From: Isurus oxyrinchus
Taxonomy: Eukaryota
Direction of reading: 5' to 3'
NCBI GenBank assembly: GCA_026770705.1
Contig: JANJGN010000018.1
Location: 69,626,001-69,690,000 of the forward strand
DNA length: 64,000 bases
This document shows, piece after piece, positions 12,004 through 24,599 of this stretch (position 1 is its first letter; each line of letters starts with the position of its first letter). The position numbers and the translations under genes are program-made. The notes beneath the pieces are model-generated. The model made no database searches. It worked only from the letters and a program-made list of their open reading frames with translations, and was not told where the DNA came from.

Positions 12004-12469
12004 GGTTAAGAAAATAATGTCTGACCCGCTCTTCTACCCAATTTCCAGTGCTCTGTATTTTAAGAGTAACTCCTCCATATGGATATGTGCTGCTATCTCC
12101 TGCAAAAGAGGTATATGCAACTTGATGATTTAATAAATTGCAACAATTATTTACTGTATGGATCTGCACATTTGTGTGTCCTTGGTGTTTCTGAACCTCT
12201 AAGTGAGAGTATATGTAGAATTGTGATAGATGAAGATATGTGAGCTGCTGCTATCTTCCAGTTGAAAAGATGGGTGAGTCAATATGGAAGTTAAATATCA
12301 AAAGGCATTCAAAATAAGGGGTAAGACTCATGTCCATTGGAATGTGGCATCATATGCCACAGGCCTATTTGATTTTCAATCACAACCACCCCCCTGCAGC
12401 CAATTATGTGTGAAATGAAAATTTCTGTCTTTTGACAAAAGGAGGCAGGTAAAGAAAGATTTTTTAAAA

Positions 12470-12745
12470 ATATTCCAATTGTATACTGCCTTTCATGACA
12501 CTAGTGTGTCCCAAATCGCTTTACAGCTGATGAATACTTTTGTTGAAGTATAGTCATCGTGGTAATGTTAGAACTGGGGAAATTTGCAAAAAGCAAGCTC
12601 CTGCAAGCAGCAATGTGACAATGACCAACAAATCTGTTTTAGCGATGTTGACTAGCTATGAGATCCCCTGCTCTTCTTTGAAACAGTGCAATGCATTTTC
12701 TGCATCACATTGAAAAGGTGGCACCTCCAACATTTCCTCAGCTCT
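12470..12745 (-). mobile_element. SacSINE1/Deu-SINE-like 3' part
   Basis: Reverse-complement similarity to the tail and Deu-like core of the SINE at 57750-58140 (ctgctcttctttgaaa, gaaaaggtggcacctccaaca). Confidence 0.6.
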
Positions 12746-13974
12746 ATATTTTCTGAATAATTTTGCTCATTGTGAGACGTTGAATCTAATTGCTAATATG
12801 TTCCCGGGAAATATTTAAAGAAATAAAAAGCAGTAATTCAGAACTATATATCTGAGCAGTTCACATTGCATATCTACAGATCACTGAAAGTACGCTACAC
12901 TTAGAAAACTCCATTAGAGGAGCTTTGAGTAGTAGAATATAAATTTGGTATTCTAAAAACAGTTTATAAAAGCACTGAGGAATCCTTAAATTTCAATATA
13001 ATCATGTTCTCAGCTATTTGTGGATTTCAGCCATAATTAGAGGTGTTTACTTTTCAGCTAATAGTTTGCAAAATACAAACTCGACAGTTAATATCCAGAT
13101 GGCATCATGTCATTAAACTTCATTTACCCAAAACAATAAGGCTACGTGCCTAACATCAGAAATATGTTCACATGACATTTTCTTAAATTTTAGTTTGGTG
13201 AAATGCTTGTCTTCCCCACATGGATTGGAGTGTGGCAGGCTGAGGGCTTGCATTGTAACTTATTCCTTTAAACATTGGAATTGAATCCTTCAAGGAGTTT
13301 GTGAAATGGCAGTAATGACTTTCAGGGTAGACAATGTTGGTAATTAAGGGACCTCTGAATTATTCTCATTTCAATGACTTCTTTCTCAGTGATAGAAATA
13401 AATCTAATTATGCTGGAATTCATTTTTGCAAGGAATAAAAGTGTTGATGGAGAATTGTCCTGCTTTGCAGGGGGGTGTGTTACTCAACTTTCTCCAGCAA
13501 CTATAGACAAAGATAGGTGAATGTTTACAGCTGTACTGAAAGGTCAGTGTGTCTATTCGGTTAGCATCATTGGGAACACCCCCAACCTTTAGGCCTAATG
13601 TCTAATTAAACAATAGTGTTATAACAGATATCCACTGGCACTTCAATTCTCCCTGCGTTACAGGAGGTGCTGAGATAAAACCCAGCTTCAGACCATCAAC
13701 TGTTTTTTTAGCATAAAATGCTTGATTGGACAGTGCACAGCTTGCTTGTAATACAGAAACATTACAAGGTTAAAAAAAATTGAACTCTGATACCTAATGC
13801 AAAATTTAATTCGCTACCATTTTGTACAAAGTGCCAATTTAACCTTTTGTCAAATAGTGTAGCTTTAAAAATAAAAACATTGGGACTTGACATTGTACAA
13901 TAATGTAAAACAGATGATAGCAAGTTAATTAAGAGTCCATTTTTCACGTCTTTCCTGATTTTTTATTTTCAGTG

Positions 13975-14090
13975 AACTCAGTAGTGTAATGTCAGCCTAG
14001 ATTTTGCGCTCAAGTAACTGGAGTTGGACTTGAACCTACAATTTTCTGACTGAGATGTGAGAGTGTTAGCCCAGATCCATCGCTGACACC
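13975..14090 (-). mobile_element. SacSINE1/Deu-SINE-like tRNA head
   Basis: Minus strand reads ggtgtcagcgatgg...GGTTCAAGTCC...ctaggctgaca, matching the head of 57750-57850. Confidence 0.6.
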
Positions 14091-14304
14091 ACGCCAAATG
14101 TTTAGTGAAGGATGGACAATTATGTCTAAACTCCAAGGGCTGGATTTTACATCTGCAAATCAGGCAGGTCCAACAGTTCTACAAAACAAGCCTGCACGTT
14201 AAAAGGGTGGTGGCAATCTGTTATCTGAAGTGTCCTGTTTTTGACTGTGTGCTCCAATTTATTTCAAAATAAACTGTCTCTATTTTATCAAAATTGATAT
14301 ACTA

Positions 14305-16175
14305 TGAAACCAACAGAAGATGATCAAAAAATAATAGAGGGAGAAAATAAATTTTGAGGGTAAACTAGCAAATAATATAAAAACAGACAGTAAGAACTTC
14401 TTTAAGTATATAAAAAGGAAGAGAGAAACCAAAGTGAACATAGGTCCCTTAGAGAATGAGGCTGGGGAAATAATAATGGGGAACCAAGAAATGGCAGAGG
14501 AGTTGAATAAATATTTTGCATCAGTCTTCACGGTAGGAGAAATAGCATTTCAAAGATACTAAATAATCAAGGGGTTAAAGGGGGAAGGAAATAAATACAA
14601 TAACTATCATTAGAGAAAGGTACTAGGGAAACTAATGGGGCTAAAGGCTGATATGTCCCCTGGACCTGATCGGTTGCATCCTAGGATAATAAAGGAAGTA
14701 GCTACAGAGATAGTGGATGCACTGGTAGTCAGGTTCCAAAAATCCTTAGATTCTGAAATGGTCCCAGAGGATTGGAAAACTGCCAATATAACACCCTTAT
14801 TCAAAAAGAGAGGGCGACAAAAACAGGTAACTATAGGCCAGTTAGCTTAATCTCTGTCATTGGGAAAATGTTAGAGCCTATTATAAAGGATGTAATAGCA
14901 GAGCATTTAGAAATGTATAATATAATCAAGCAGAGTCAGCGTGGCTTCATGAAGTGGAAATCATGCCTGACAAATTTATTAGAATTCTTTGAGGAGATAA
15001 CGAGCAGGATAAATAAAGGGGAACCAATAGATGTAATATATTTGGATTTCCAAAAGGTATTCGATAAGGTAGCGCACACAAGACTACTTAATAAGTCCCC
15101 ATGGTGTTTGAGTAATATATTAGCATGGATTGGGGATTGGCTAACTATAGAAGACAGAGCGTTAGGATAAGCGGGGTATTTTCAAGATGGCAACCTTGAC
15201 CAATGGAGTGCCACAGGGATCAGTGCTGGGGCCACAATTATTAATGACTTGGATGAGGGAAATGAATGTACAATTGCCAATTTTGCGGATGACACAAAAA
15301 TAGGTGGGAAGGCAAGTGGTGAGGATGACATAGAGTCTACAGAGGAATATAGACAGGTTAAGTGAATGGGCAAAAACTCGGCAGATGGAATATAATGTGG
15401 AAAAATGTTAGGTTATGCACCTTGGCAGGAAGAATAGAAGAGGAATATTATTTAAATGGAGAAGGACTGCAACACAGAAGGATTTGGGGGTCCTCGTGCA
15501 TGAACCCCAAAAAGCTAGCATATAAGTTCAACATGTAATAGGGAAGGCAAATGGAATGTTGGCTTTTATTTCAAAGGGAATATAGTATAAAAATAGGGAA
15601 GTCTTGCTAAAACTATGCAAGGCACTAGTTAGACCACACCTAGAATGCCCTGAACAGTTTTGATCCCCTTATCCAAGGAAAGATATACTGGCCTGGGAGG
15701 CAGTCCAGTGAAGGTTCACTAGGTTGATTCTGGGTATGGAGGGATTTTCTTATGAGGAGAGGTTGAGCCTGTGTTCATTGCAGTATAGAAGAATGGGAGG
15801 CGATCTTATTGAAACATATAAGATTCATAGGAAGCTTGACAGGGTAGATGCTGAGAGGTTGTTTCCCCTTGTGGGAGAGATTAGGAGCAGAGGGCATAAT
15901 CTCAGAGTAAGGGGACGCCCATTTAAGACAGGGATGAGGGGGAATTTCTTCCCTTAGAGGGAAGTGAATCTGTGGAATTCTTTACCACAGAGGGCTGGAG
16001 AGGCTGGATTGTTATGTATAGTCAAGGCTGAGATAGACAGATTTTTAATCAAAGGTTATGGGAAAAAGGCAGGAAAATGGAGTTGAGGATTATCAGATCA
16101 GCCATGATCTCATTGAATGGTGGAGCATACTCAATGGGCCAAATGGCCTACTTCTACTCCTTCGTCTTATGAGAT
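14305..16175 (+). mobile_element. CR1 LINE family A, 5'-truncated
   Basis: SPGPDRLHPR, NYRPVSL, DFQKVFDKV, GVPQGSVLGP and FADD motifs; CR1 3' UTR. Confidence 0.92.
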
Positions 16176-16324
16176 TTCACAAGAAAAATAATCAATAAAG
16201 CTCTAGATGTTGGCTTCTGTGCTCTGACTCTTGCCTTGCTTATGTTCTGTTGCCTGCCATTTCCAAACAGAGTCCAGACATTATTAGATCTTCAGCTCAC
16301 AGTCAAATAATCTCTCCCTTTAGA

Positions 16325-17533
16325 CTCAAAGATGTGTACAGCACAGAAGGAGGCCATTCAGTCCATCATGTCCACACCAGTCAACAAAGAACTGACTGCA
16401 CTTATCCCATTTTCCAGCGCTTGGCCCATAGCTCTGGCGGCTATGGCAACACACGTGAATATCTAAATACTTCTTAAATGTTACGAGAGTTTCTGACTTA
16501 ATCACCCTTTCAGACAGTGAGTTCCAGTTTCCCACCACCATCTAGGTGAAAAGATTTCTCCTCAACTCCCCTCTTAGTCTTCTATCTCTTACCTTAAATC
16601 TATGCCCCCTGGTTATTGACCCTGCTAGTAATGGAAAAAGTGACTTCCTATCCACCCTATCTATGCCCCTCGTAATCTTATTCATCTCTATCAGGTCCCC
16701 TCTAAACCTTCACTGCTCCAAGGAAAACAACCCCAACCTATCCAATCTTTCAACATAGCTCAGACCCTCCAGCCCAGGCAGCATCCAGATAAATCTCTGC
16801 ACCCTCTCCAGTGCAATCACATCCTTCCTATAATGTGGTGACCAGAACTGCACGCAGAACTCCAATTGTGGCCTAACCAGCATTTTATACAGCTCCAGCA
16901 TAATTCACTGCTCTTGTATTTTACCTCGGCTAATAGAGGCAATGAACTATATTCCTTCTTAATCTTATCTACCTGCAGGAATATGTGGATATGCACACCA
17001 AGGTCCCCCAAATCTGCAGCACTTTCCAGGGTCCTATCATTCATAGTGTAATCCCTTCCCTTGTTAGCCCTTCCCAAGTGCATCACCTCACACTTTTCCG
17101 GGTTGAATTCTATTTGCCACTGCTCTGCCCACCTATCCATTGATATCCTCCTGCAGCTTACAGCTATCCACCTCACTATTTACCACCCTACCAATTTTTG
17201 TGTCATCCGCAAACTTCTTCATCATACACCCTACACTTAATTCCAAATCATTTGTGTACACCACAAACAGCAAGGGCCCCAGCACCGAGCCCTGTGGAAC
17301 CCCACTGGAAACAGACTTCCAGTCACAGAAACACCCCTCTACCATCACCCTCTGCTTCCTGCCTCTCAGCCAATTTTGGATCCAATGTGCCACTTTGCCT
17401 TGGATCCCATGGGCTCTTACTTTCTTGACCAGCCTGCCATGAGGGACCTTATCAAAAGCCTTGCTAAAGTCGATGTAGACCACATCAAATGCATTTACCT
17501 CATCAACACTGCTGGTTATCTCCTCAAAAACCA
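16325..17533 (-). mobile_element. CR1 LINE family A, 5'-truncated
   Basis: DFSKAFDKVPH, GVPQGSVLGPLLF, KFADDTK, LYKMLVRPQLE...QFWSPHYRKD. Confidence 0.93.
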
Positions 17534-18422
17534 ATAGTGTCCATTTCCTTTCAATATCTTATTTCAACAGGTCTTTAAGATGAAGGCTGCACACATTTGG
17601 ATGTTGCTGCATCACTCTAGCTTGCTGAACCCGGCCACCCCATTGCTGATCAGGTCACTGGGCAGCAGGAAGTGACGGGACAGAGCAGCTCCTGGTTGAA
17701 CATGCAAGACAGGAAGGCAATCAGCTACATCATCTTTCCTGGGCCTATGTCATCTGTCAGGTTTCCACTGGGCTGGGCCTTCCCAGTACAGGCAGTGGAG
17801 GGAGTCCACCTCCTGGTGCTGGTGGGGGTCCACACGGCGGTAGCGGTGCTGATACACAGAGACACTGCAGCCTGATGTGGGGATGAACTAGTCCTCCCTT
17901 AGTGCCTGCTCCGGCCACTCCAGCTGCCTCCCTGCCCTCTGGCTCAGACACAGAGCCTCCCACAGCAGATCCAAAGCTTGCCTCAGCTCAGCAGTCTGGT
18001 CCTCCTTCTTCCACAGGCAGAGGAGTGTTTGGTACTGCCAAGGCTGCTCAGGGGTGGGTGTGGGGGTGGGGGGAGTTGTGGGGGGTTGTTGGGGTGGGGG
18101 TGGTGGTGCAGGGCAGGGAGCAGGGTCTTCCTCAGGGCAGGGAGCAGAGCCTCTGGGCGAGCCTCAAGGCCTGAGTAAGAGAGAACTTGGCTCCTGCCTA
18201 GGTGTCTTGGCCTCAATAAGAGGGGCTGAGGGGGTTCATGTACTCCCAGATGCGGCCTTTAAAAAAGCCATTAAACCATCTTTGGAGCCAAAATTTCACA
18301 AAGGGACCACGTGGCGCTAACAGCTGTAAGGGAGGTGGGAGGGAAGGACCAGGCTGGCTGACCACCTTCTTATTCGGTGGAAGGTCAAAACCACTTGAAA
18401 TCTTCAAAACCCGTCTTTAGAT

Positions 18423-18555
18423 TAAAACAAAATATTGTGGGTGCTGGAAATGTGAAATAAAACAGAAAATTTTGGAAATACTCAGCAGGTTATGTAGCAT
18501 CTGTGGAGAGAGAAACATAGCTAAGGTTCGGAGATGAATATGACTTTTCTTCATG
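18423..18555 (-). mobile_element. PLE pseudo-LTR terminal fragment
   Basis: Matches the PLE terminus (tgctggaaat...actcagcagg...gcatctgtggagagag). Confidence 0.65.
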
Positions 18556-19344
18556 TTGGCAAAATACAGATGTTAGTCTATGATGCTAACACAACCAAAG
18601 CAGAAGCAGAAGGATTGCACATTTCTACCCCCATTGGAAGCCATGCAGTGCTGTCCGGCACTCCGACAACTCAACTGCTTTGTGAAAATTGCCAATTACC
18701 TGCCAAACAAAACAAAGTTCTTCAGTTAGCATCTCCTTGTCACTAAATTTCCCAAGAAAATTCTGAGAGCAATCAAACTGCTGTCCTTCCGAAGGCTGGC
18801 CCTGCTTTCACAGCACTCCACACAGCCTACCCACAGGTTTAGATGCATCATCATTCAGAGGCACCCAGGGAGAACAGGAGCAGAGAAGGTAACTAACAGC
18901 AGACTATTTTTCTTTTTTATCATTGAGCGAGTGGCCCTTCAGATTCCAGGTCACTAGAAACCTGACAACTGAACTATATCCTGATCAACATCTTACAGCA
19001 ATGCAGTTGATTTTTCCTGTCAGTCCAGGCTGCTCAGCATTGAGCACCACTTGTAGTACCAGCATTGGCTACCAGTAGTGCTGCTGGAACTACAGAACAA
19101 CTGCCAATCAGATTGGCCGGCTGCTCTCTAAGGTGGGGCTTCGTCCTAAGATAGTAACAGAAGTCTCGCCTTAAAGCAGTAAAGCTGCTTCTACTGTTGA
19201 ATTGCTGTGGGGCAGCCTTTAGGATCATGGAAGGGCTCCCACCCCCACCCCCCAACCAACCCCCCCCACCCCCCAACCCCCCGCCAACACTGACATTTTT
19301 AACGGGGGAAGCAGGGATCACGGCATTCTGTGAAGTCCAGCCCA

Positions 19345-19497
19345 TTGGGTGTATTCAAGACAGAGGTTGATAGACCTTTGGACACTAAGGAAATTAAAGG
19401 ATATGAGGATAGCGTGAGAAGGTGGAGTTGAGGTAAATAAGTGATGGATTGAGGTTCGAAGGGCTGAATGGCCTTCTCCTACTATTTCTTATGTTCA
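19345..19497 (+). mobile_element. CR1 3' end fragment
   Basis: ttcaagacagaggttgatag...gggctgaatggcct...ttcttatgttc tail. Confidence 0.65.
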
Positions 19498-20229
19498 TAT
19501 CACAAGCTTATAACTATTGCTCTCCACAGCTGGAATGCTTGCTAGCACTCATTTGTAAGCTTCACAGATATAGTGGTCATTTGGGTAAGGCACTAAAGGA
19601 ATATCATTGCCCAATAGAATTATATCCCAATAAGGGAGTTATTGTTTTAAGGGGAGAGAGGAATAAAATTTGAGAAAATTAAATGGAAAAAAAGCTAGAA
19701 GTATAGGCTTGACAGATTAATATTTTATGAGGGATGAAAGGTTCCATCCCAAACATTTTTTTTTTTGCTTTGAATGCTGCATTTGAAAGCGCATTTCCCA
19801 GAATTGTTGCTTCTATCAGAAACTTTAACACTCAGGGCGCTTCACAGATGTGGCATCTGCAGGAGAAATGCTAATGTCAATTGGAGGAACTATTTTACTT
19901 CTTCCCTTTTTAAGGATATAATTGTTTCAATACTTGGTGTATTTATTTCTCAGAGACAGAAGCAGAGAGGCCGCAACCCCATCACCCACCTGCTCCATAA
20001 TCAGATCAGGCAGTGGGAGAAATAGGATAGTCCTGAAATCCTAATCTCCCACACTGATGTCAGCAGGAGAACAGGGGAGCCCAAATGAAATGGTGTGAGG
20101 AGGTGAACACGCTGTCTCTGCTGATCTCTTATTAACATTATAGCAGGAGAACCAATGCCGAATTTCAAGGCCAAAGTTTCCAGTGAAAATCTGGCCAAGG
20201 CCTGGGGGAACTATGGGTTGGGATTTGAA

Positions 20230-21400
20230 CCCTGATGCACCTGCTGGTACCAAACTATCATTGAAAGGCAACAGTGCTGGGGATTCTATACTAATTACAG
20301 CATCCACAGCTCCTCCTCTTTCATAAGTAAATAAGCAAGTGCTGATGTACATGATTTTTTTTTCCAGCTTTCAGATGTACTATTATTTTGCTTCTGCCCT
20401 GATGGTGGGAATATCACAACAGGTTTACTTTTATTAAGCCATGCATCCTATTTACAATTACTGGAGCCATTCCCTGTGTTACAGTTCTATTTATAATGAG
20501 ATGAAGATTTTGCATTAGCTCAGCCTTTCTAATCCCCTCTGGCAGCAATTATACTGAATAAACACCCACAACTGCCTCAGCTAGTCTCTGAAATGCAACT
20601 ATGGTAGAAATGTTATCTATTCACTTGTTTGTAGCTGATGAAAGGTTGAAAGAGAGAACCTTTTAACCATTTGGCTTCACGTTCGGCTGCATCAGAATTC
20701 AGTAGTTACTTGACTCGCATCATTCTCTGAACTCACTGGGGGTCGTGGGGGGGGGGGGGCGGGGTGTGGCTTTCATGGCGCCCGCAAAAGCGGGAAACGT
20801 GGCATGTGAGGGGCTGAATTAAGCAGGATGCGAAATTTTGCTTTCCCAATGGTGGGTTGAGATGCAGAGAATAAATCGGTGGCGTGTTTGCAGCGTGTTG
20901 GGGCTCATGGCCATCCTGTGGTGGCTTTGTACTTGTTGGACAGGATTTTGCCCTTGGCAGGGGTGCTGGGCGGGGGCGGGCGGGGTCTGTTGGGCAGCCA
21001 ACTGCCGCCCGTGATTGGCTCCGCTCCACGATTTCATGCGGGTGGGCCAATTAAGGTCTGCCCTGCATGGATCGCGAGCGGCAGCGCTGAGCACTACCTG
21101 TGTGGGCGGAGGGAAGGAGGGAGAGCTGAACTTAGTGTGCAGTTCACAAATGCGCGAGAAGGGCTCCAGTAATTGTAAATAGGATGCATGGCTTAATAAA
21201 AGTAAACCTGTTGTGATATTCCCACCATCAGGGCAGAAGCAAAATAATAGTACATCTGAAAGCTGGAAAACAAAATCATGTACGTCAGCACTTGCTTATT
21301 TACTTATGAAAGAGGAGGAGCTGTGGATGCTGTAATTACTATAGAATCCCCAGCACTGTTGCCTTTCACTGATAGTTTGGTACCAGGAGGTGCCTCAGGG
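20230..21400. repeat. 239-bp inverted repeat pair (20230-20468 / 21162-21400)
   Basis: Direct reverse-complement comparison; about 6 mismatches by eye. Confidence 0.95.
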
Positions 21401-21753
21401 AGATTGAAACGCTTTTTTAAAAAGTAAATTAAGACTGTAAAAATGTAATAAAACATGTCCCCTCATGTAACTCTGTCACATGAGATGGGACATGTTTTTA
21501 ATTCCAAGATAAAGTTTTCATTTATTGTTTATTTGCTTTAGGAAACCTCATCCCGCTCGTGGATGAGGTTTCCTAAAAAATGTGAAAGCTGCTTGGCCTT
21601 TTCGCCTGCCCGCCAAATGTAAGGCGTGTCCGCCAAACAAAATATCACACAAGTGCGCGATGATGTCAGGATGCACGCCCAACGTTATCGTGCGTCATTT
21701 TATGCTCAGGCGTGTCAGTCACACGCCTGCACACGGAGTCTAAAATTCTGCCC
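20938..21753. mobile_element. Harbinger-type MITE carrying a templated inverted insertion
   Basis: TIRs GGACAGGATTTT / AAAATTCTGCCC; 3-bp GTT on both sides (20935-20937, 21754-21756); homologous to 1998-2575. Confidence 0.75.
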
Positions 21754-22149
21754 GTTATGTATTTGCATGCTTAGAATACTTATCAGCATCACACCAATTT
21801 TTAATGACGTCTGACCTTCAAGATAACATCTCGTCACGCCAGGTTCACATTTGTTTAAAGGTGTTGTGCATCAGTTGGGCTTGTGCTGTTGCATCTGAGG
21901 TCAACGGTTTTCCTTGTTGAATTCTGCAGCACGAGGGGCAGGAGCAGGAGAATGGCAGCTTGCATGGAGGTTTGGGAATGGAAAGGGTGAGCCATTGGTG
22001 AGGGGAAGGATGTGGAGTGAAGCTGAGGGAATAGAGGTAAATTGAGAAGGGCCTGGCATCTTGGGTGTTGTATGGGGTGTGGTGGGAACAGTCAGTCAAG
22101 GTAAAAAAATGAGGGGCCTAAAGGCTCTGTTGTCACTGCTGCCACCATC

Positions 22150-22405
22150 TGTTATAGTTGGATTATCTCAGGACACATTGGTTTTCTTACTCTAGAAGAG
22201 ATCTTGCTGGAGGCAATGGTTTTTCCTTCAAAATTCCTTTATTTATGTAACTAACTACATACAGGTTACAGAACATCAGGACATAGCTGCAGCTATTCTG
22301 TCAGGTGCTTCTCACTCATCTACTCTCAGTGAGTGACATTACTGTGACATAGCTCCTTACGCACATGCACAGTAGCTATTATTAGAGTTAACCCTTTACT
22401 TTACA
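22150..22405. mobile_element. Possible solo LTR
   Basis: TGTTA...TTACA termini, TTTATT (minus-strand polyA signal), and an end resembling the Gypsy LTR end. No TSD seen. Confidence 0.35.
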
Positions 22406-23370
22406 AAGGGTGGTATCAATACTGTCTACATGTGTGTCCACCTCAGGGTGTTGGCTGGCAACCCCTAGGGCTTTGAGTTTGCCTACAATATTTCAATTAA
22501 CACAGTGAGAGTGATCTTGGACAATATCCTTTACAATGCACAGAATGAGGGCTAGCTGAGCCTACAAGTTCAGCCATGTCCCACAGAGTGGCGAGTGTAA
22601 CACTGGACATATGAACACACATTACAAAGGGATCAAGGGAACACAACTTTGTTTCTTCCACAATAAAGGAAACGTCCCTAACTGCCCTGTAACCATCAAT
22701 GTGTGCCAACTATGAGGCGTGCCAATAGGTTTAGACCTCTAACTAAGCTAGTCTCGACAAATAACGATGATGCACACATAAATAATGTGAAACCAATGTA
22801 ATATGAATTATTAATTCATATATGAATATATGAATTATTTAAATTAGAAAAAAATACCCAAGCCAACTTTGTACTCTCAATGGGGCTCAAGTTAATGGCA
22901 ATGGAGTAGGGCAGGCCAATTTTAGCTGTGATGCAGAGCCCCCCTATTTGACCAGGAGCCCACCCATAGCTGCAGTGGTGTCAGCTAACAGCAGGCTTCA
23001 CCACTGAAGAGCAACCCCACCGCGGAATCGCATGCCCTGCAGACTGCTGGCACTTTAAATTTTAATTGTAATTGTGTGGGGAACTGGAAAAAGCAAGCGA
23101 GCGGAAGAGGCAACACACTTCCAGTTCTGCCGTCAGGAATGGCGTGCCACTAACAAAATTCAACCCTTTATCTCTGTAAACAATTTTTATTTTTCTCACT
23201 CCCTTGAGATTAAAATGATAGTGGCTCCATGGATGAGGAATTCAGTAAGGGACAAAAAGCAAAGAGTAGTGGTGAGTGGTTGTTTCTCAGACTGAGGGGA
23301 AGTAGGCCGAGGTGTGCCCCAGCCATTGTTTGGACCAGTGCTCTTTTTGAGGTACATTAATGGCTGGACT

Positions 23371-23959
23371 TTGTTTTTATTCGATCTTAGGATGTGGGCA
23401 CCGTTGGCTAGGCCAGCATTTATTCTCCATCCCTAATTTCCCTTGAGAAGGCAGTAGTGACCATCTTCTCAACCTGCTGCAGTCCATCTGGTGTAGATAC
23501 ACACATAGTGCTACTTTTCTGTAGAATTTTGATACAACTGAGTGGCTTGCTTAGGCCATTTCAGAATACGGTTAGGAGGCAACCACATTGCCGTGGATCT
23601 GAAGTCACATGTAGGCCATTATGGAAAGGATGACAGGTCTCCTTCCCCTGAAGGACATGTATGAACAAGATGGATTTTTGCAGCAACCTATGATCATTGA
23701 GGTTAACACTTTATTCCAGATTTGTTACTTAATTGAATTTAAATTCACCCAAATGTTGTGCTGGGATTTGAATTTATAGGTGGGATTTTGCCCTTGGTGG
23801 GGGTGCTTGGTGGGGGCAGGCATGGGTGGGTGGGAAGCTGACCACAGCCCACGATCAGCTCTGCACTGCGATTTCACGCAGATGGACCATTTACGCCCTA
23901 TCTCTCTGAAACATTAATTCAGGCCTCTGGCTTACCAGTCCAGTAACATTACCACTATG
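23371..23959 (-). mobile_element. tRNA-headed SINE made of the 5' and 3' ends of family-B LINE (MITE fragment inserted at ~23778-23898)
   Basis: Head (..gtggtaatgttactggactgg..ttcaaatccc), body shared with 57460-57654 (gatacaactgagtggctt), and ~140-bp tail shared with the family-B 3' end. Confidence 0.75.
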
Positions 23960-24599
23960 GATTTGGGTTTACAGGGCATAATTTCAAAGTTTGCAGATGA
24001 CATAAAACCCAGAAATGTAATAACTGCAAGAAGGCTAGTAACAGCCTACAGGAGAACATAGTTGGACTGGTAAAATGTGTACACACATGACAGATGTAAT
24101 TCACTGCAGAGAAGTGTGAAGTGATTTGTTTCAGTAGGAATAATGAGGAAGGACAATATAAACTAATTTGTACAATTTTTAAGGGAGTCAGAAACAGAGG
24201 AACCTGGGGGTATAGGTACGCACTTTTTTGAAGGTGACAGGACAAGTTGACAAGGCTGATAGAAACAGTTTGTGGAATCCTTGCCTTTATAAATAGAGGC
24301 ATAGAGTGCAAAAGCAAGAAAGTTGGGCCAAACATTTATAAAACTGGTTAGGCTATGGTGGGAGTATTGTGGCCAAATCCTGGCACCAGTCTTTTGGAAG
24401 GATATCATGGCTTGAGAGTGATACAGAGGAGGTTTACTAGAATGGAACAAATGAAGAAAGGTTTCACTTATTGGTAGAGATAGAGAAATGAAGCTTATTC
24501 TCTTTAGAAAAAAGAAAACTAAGGCAAGAGTTGATAAAGATGCTCAAAATTATGAAGGATTTTGAAAGACCTTATTTATTCATTCATGGATAATTTTCT

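Noticed and set aside
17535-18418. Cluster of GC-rich overlapping ORFs
   Set aside because: Low-complexity G/C tracts in what looks like a decayed transposon fragment; no motif supports a product or family call.
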